Shown here piece by piece: positions 33,081 through 35,246 of a DNA stretch of 35,246 bases. The position numbers and the translations under genes are program-made. The stretch covers positions 1 to 35,246 of the forward strand of contig CAYZHG010000106.1 of assembly GCA_964477455.1 (NCBI GenBank), read 5' to 3'. The stretch's first letter is position 1; each line of letters opens with the position of its first letter. The DNA is from an uncultured Gammaproteobacteria bacterium (GTDB lineage: Bacteria; Patescibacteriota; Patescibacteriia; Magasanikbacterales; GWA2-37-8). The notes beneath the pieces were generated by a model, which saw only the letters and a list, made by a program, of their open reading frames with translations, was not told where the DNA came from and ran no database searches.

Positions 33081-33157
33081 GTCAGGGTAGCTCAGTTGGT
33101 TAGAGCACGGCATTCATAACGCCGAGGTCGGGAGTTCAACCCTCCCTCCTGACACCA
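33081..33157 (+). tRNA. tRNA with CAU anticodon (elongator Met type; lysidine-modified Ile2 cannot be excluded), CCA encoded
   Basis: GTCAGGG TA GCTC AGTTGGTTA GAGC A CGGCA TTCATAA CGCCG AGGTC GGGAG TTCAACC CTCCC TCCTGAC A CCA. G1-C72 is paired, so this is not an initiator. Confidence 0.9.
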
Positions 33158-33164
33158 TGTAGTT

Positions 33165-33192
33165 AAAACAGAGCCTAAAGCTCTGTTTTTTT
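33165..33192 (+). terminator. intrinsic terminator after tRNA-Met
   Basis: CAGAGC-ctaaa-GCTCTG flanked by AAAA and TTTTTTT. Confidence 0.75.
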
Positions 33193-33269
33193 AATTGACT
33201 AAAAGGTATACCTGATTTACAATAGTAAAGCCAAGCTCAACCACAGAGCGACTGCCGGCAAGGAGTATC

Positions 33270-33404
33270 GTGACTAGCAATAAAAAAAGTCACCAGGCCA
33301 AGGACGGTCAGAACCAGACCAAGAAGCGTCGTCAAGCCCAGGGGAAACACGTTCATGTTAACAAATACCCCAAAGGGTCTGATGACCAGAAGGCCAAGAA
33401 ATGA
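33270..33404 (+). CDS. possible 44-codon highly basic small protein (GTG start) in a GC-rich island
   Basis: AAGGAG lies 4 nt before the GTG. Translation: VTSNKKSHQAKDGQNQTKKRRQAQGKHVHVNKYPKGSDDQKAKK. A hairpin follows at 33431-33460. The ORF is too short for the ORF track. Confidence 0.35.
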   Translation: MTSNKKSHQAKDGQNQTKKRRQAQGKHVHVNKYPKGSDDQKAKK

Positions 33405-33521
33405 GCCATGTTGCGAATACACTTCAGCCGGGTAGTGCTGGCGATTCTGCTCGTACTACCTGTTTTGTATAAAATATTTTTTGTATAAAACAGATAGAAT
33501 TATTACGAGTAGAATCAAAAT

Positions 33522-33557
33522 AAAAAAATTCCATAATTAAATTTATGGAATTTTTTT
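33522..33557. terminator. bidirectional terminator-like hairpin
   Basis: AAAAAAATTCCATAA-ttaaat-TTATGGAATTTTTTT: a 15-bp stem. Confidence 0.45.
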
Positions 33558-33585
33558 AATTAGTATTTAATAAAGTTTTTTTAAA

Positions 33586-33623
33586 TAAAAAAAATCCCCA
33601 GAGTACTCTCAAGGGGATTTTTT
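33586..33623 (-). terminator. intrinsic terminator of hup
   Basis: AAATCCCC...GGGGATTT stem. On the minus strand a T-run follows. It begins 13 nt after the hup stop. Confidence 0.7.
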
Positions 33624-33635
33624 AGTTGCGAAAGA

Positions 33636-33911
33636 TTATTTAAGAGCATCTTTCAAGGCTTTTCCGGCTTTGAATTTTGGAACCTTAACAGCTGGAATGT
33701 TGATTTTCTGAGTTGGGTTTTGTGGGTTAACACCAGTGCGAGCTGCACGTAGTTTGGAACTGAAAGCTCCAAAACCTGTTAAAACTACTTCTTCACCTTT
33801 TTTCAAGTTGGAAGTAACCATATCCACAAAAGTGTTCAAAAAGTCTTCAGCTTCACGTTTTGAAACGTTCAACTTTTCTGCCAATGCTTGTGCTAATTCG
33901 GCTTTATTCAT
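33636..33911 (-). CDS. hup: DNA-binding protein HU
   Basis: 91 aa. Contains MNKAELAQALAEKL and GFGAFSSKLRAARTGVNPQNPTQKINIPA. A strong SD (GGAGGTG) lies 5 nt upstream. Confidence 0.93.
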   Translation of the reverse strand: MNKAELAQALAEKLNVSKREAEDFLNTFVDMVTSNLKKGEEVVLTGFGAFSSKLRAARTGVNPQNPTQKINIPAVKVPKFKAGKALKDALK

Positions 33912-34055
33912 AAATTCACCTCCGTTCTTAAATTAAGTTTTTTGATTTTTGTATTTCGACAAAATTATTATATCACAGCTTGTTTATTTTGGCTACAATA
34001 AGCAATAATTACTTGTCCACAGGTAGTTTTCAATATTTTTTTGCTGAATAATTTT

Positions 34056-35246
34056 TTAACGAGCGTATTCCACGATGCGATTTTCACGAATAACAGTGAT
34101 ACGAATTTCACCAGGATATTGTAATTCTTCTTCAACTTTGTGGGCAATATCTTTGGCTAATTGGAATGCGTTGTAATCATCTACTTCATTTGGTTTTACA
34201 AATACGCGTACTTCACGACCAGCTTGAATTGCATAAACTTTATCAATACCAGGGAAGGAACTAACAGTCTTTTCCAATTCTTCCAGACGAGCCACAAATT
34301 GCTCAAAGGAATCTTTGCGAGCACCAACGCGAGCGCCGGAGATGGCGTCAGCGGCTTTGGCAATACAAGCAAAAATACTTTCTGGTTTGTCCAAATGGTG
34401 ATCGCGAGCAGCCTGACAGACGTCGTCATCCATATTGAATTTCTTCAAAATAGCATAACCAATTTCTGGATGAGAGCCCTGAGTTTCTTGGTCTACTGCT
34501 TTTCCAATATCGTGGAAGAAGCCAGCCTTGCGAGCCTTAGCTTGATCAACACCAAGTTCAGCGGCGATGATACCAGCTAGATAACCAACCTCCATAGAAT
34601 GATTCAAAATGTTTTGACCATAACTTGTGCGGTATTTCAAGCGACCAACGATGTTTACAAGTTTTGGATCAAGACCAACAATGTTCATCTTGTACAAAGC
34701 TTCTTCACCGGCTTTTTTGATAATTACGGATAGATCGATTTTTGCTTTTTCAACAAACTCTTCGATACGAGCAGGCTGAATACGGCCATCAGCCATCAAT
34801 TTTTCTAAGGTCAAACGAGCAACTTCACGGCGAATAGGGGAGAAACAAGAAACCATAATAGACTCTGGAGTGTCGTCGATGATGATTTCACAACCAGTAA
34901 GTTTTTCAATAGCTTTGATGTTGCGACCTTCTTTACCGATAATACGGCCTTTCATTTCTTCACTTGGAAGATGAACTACCGAAGAAGTAGTTTCTGCACT
35001 GTGAGAGGAAGCAGTACGCTGGATTGCTTCGATGATAATATCGCGAGCTTTCTCATCGTAAACATCTGAACTTTCGCGTTCCAATTTGGCAATACGCATG
35101 AATAGGTCAGTTTTGCTCTCTTCTTCTACCATTGTAAGCAATTCTAAGCGAGCTTCTTCTTTGGTAAGGTTGGCAACTTGCTGAAGTTTGTCAGCCTGTT
35201 GTTGTTTTAAGGCTTCAACTTCCAATTTAATTACTTTTACCTTTTC
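34056..35246 (-). CDS. rny: ribonuclease Y, C-terminal about 397 codons (N-terminus outside window)
   Basis: KH domain IIGKEGRNIKAIEKLTG and HD domain HSMEVGYLAGIIA...FFHDIGK. The frame stays open to the window end; the track start at 35225 is an internal TTG. Confidence 0.9.
   Translation of the reverse strand, partial: EKVKVIKLEVEALKQQQADKLQQVANLTKEEARLELLTMVEEESKTDLFMRIAKLERESSDVYDEKARDIIIEAIQRTASSHSAETTSSVVHLPSEEMKGRIIGKEGRNIKAIEKLTGCEIIIDDTPESIMVSCFSPIRREVARLTLEKLMADGRIQPARIEEFVEKAKIDLSVIIKKAGEEALYKMNIVGLDPKLVNIVGRLKYRTSYGQNILNHSMEVGYLAGIIAAELGVDQAKARKAGFFHDIGKAVDQETQGSHPEIGYAILKKFNMDDDVCQAARDHHLDKPESIFACIAKAADAISGARVGARKDSFEQFVARLEELEKTVSSFPGIDKVYAIQAGREVRVFVKPNEVDDYNAFQLAKDIAHKVEEELQYPGEIRITVIRENRIVEYAR

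Noticed and set aside
33237-33422. 61-aa hydrophobic minus-strand ORF (GTG start) in the GC-rich island.
   Set aside because: It has no SD or promoter context. Its hydrophobicity is what an antisense reading of Lys/Gln-rich codons produces. The plus-strand 44-codon frame has the better signals, though neither is proven.
33230-33470. GC-rich island as SRP RNA, RNase P RNA, tmRNA or 6S RNA.
   Set aside because: I found no SRP domain IV motif (GGAA tetraloop with AGCA/CAGG loops), no RNase P GAGGAAAGUCC box and no tRNA-like tmRNA ends or tag frame. 6S RNA cannot be judged by eye. A covariance-model scan is needed before fully excluding an RNA.
1-35246. Search for CRISPR arrays, IS elements, integrases, reverse transcriptases (retron/DGR), toxin-antitoxin pairs and prophage genes.
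   Set aside because: I saw no regularly spaced direct repeats and no ORFs with transposase, integrase or RT motifs. The only repeats seen are the two structured elements and the intragenic domain repeats.

Overview
This is a 35.2-kb, visibly AT-rich, tightly packed bacterial chromosome segment that reads cleanly with the standard genetic code. I count about 33 credible protein genes and 3 tRNAs. There is no rRNA, CRISPR array, transposase, integrase or reverse transcriptase. Housekeeping genes are asnS (5' truncated), parA-parB, tsaD, dus, hup, rny (truncated) and tRNA-Leu(CAA), tRNA-Glu(UUC), tRNA-Met(CAU). The gene content (RNase Y, HU, sortases with LPXTG-type substrates, DUF3494 'ice-binding-like' surface proteins, a LAGLIDADG endonuclease), the rarity of Shine-Dalgarno sequences and the short spacers closed by A-run/hairpin/T-run terminators suggest a small-genome monoderm-like lineage such as Patescibacteria/CPR. 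That placement is inference only. All domain calls come from reading motifs by eye; no HMM or BLAST search was possible. Main items worth follow-up: (1) A monocistronic 1128-aa gene beside tRNA-Glu fuses an XRE HTH, an Mrr-like PD-(D/E)xK nuclease, a long TPR-like array and a PIN-like domain with no NTPase; it is a candidate single-protein conflict/defence system, with a possible self-operator in its promoter. (2) Two copies of a conserved ~55-nt two-hairpin core sit inside long, unrelated, perfectly paired terminator-like stems at convergent gene ends (4635-4727 and 28811-28923), with compensatory changes suggesting a structured RNA or a hairpin-targeting mini-element. (3) A cluster of substrate, sortase, substrate, cupin, sortase has two DUF3494 surface proteins carrying different sorting motifs (MPASG and LPNTG). 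(4) A LAGLIDADG endonuclease gene starts 6 nt after tRNA-Leu and shares its promoter. (5) A lexA / Y-family polymerase cassette has a perfect GAAC-N4-GTTC box inside a consensus promoter and an apparently leaderless mRNA. (6) An acetolactate-synthase-like TPP enzyme is paired with a succinate-semialdehyde-dehydrogenase-like ALDH. (7) A GC-rich island holds a 44-codon basic ORF with a strong SD.
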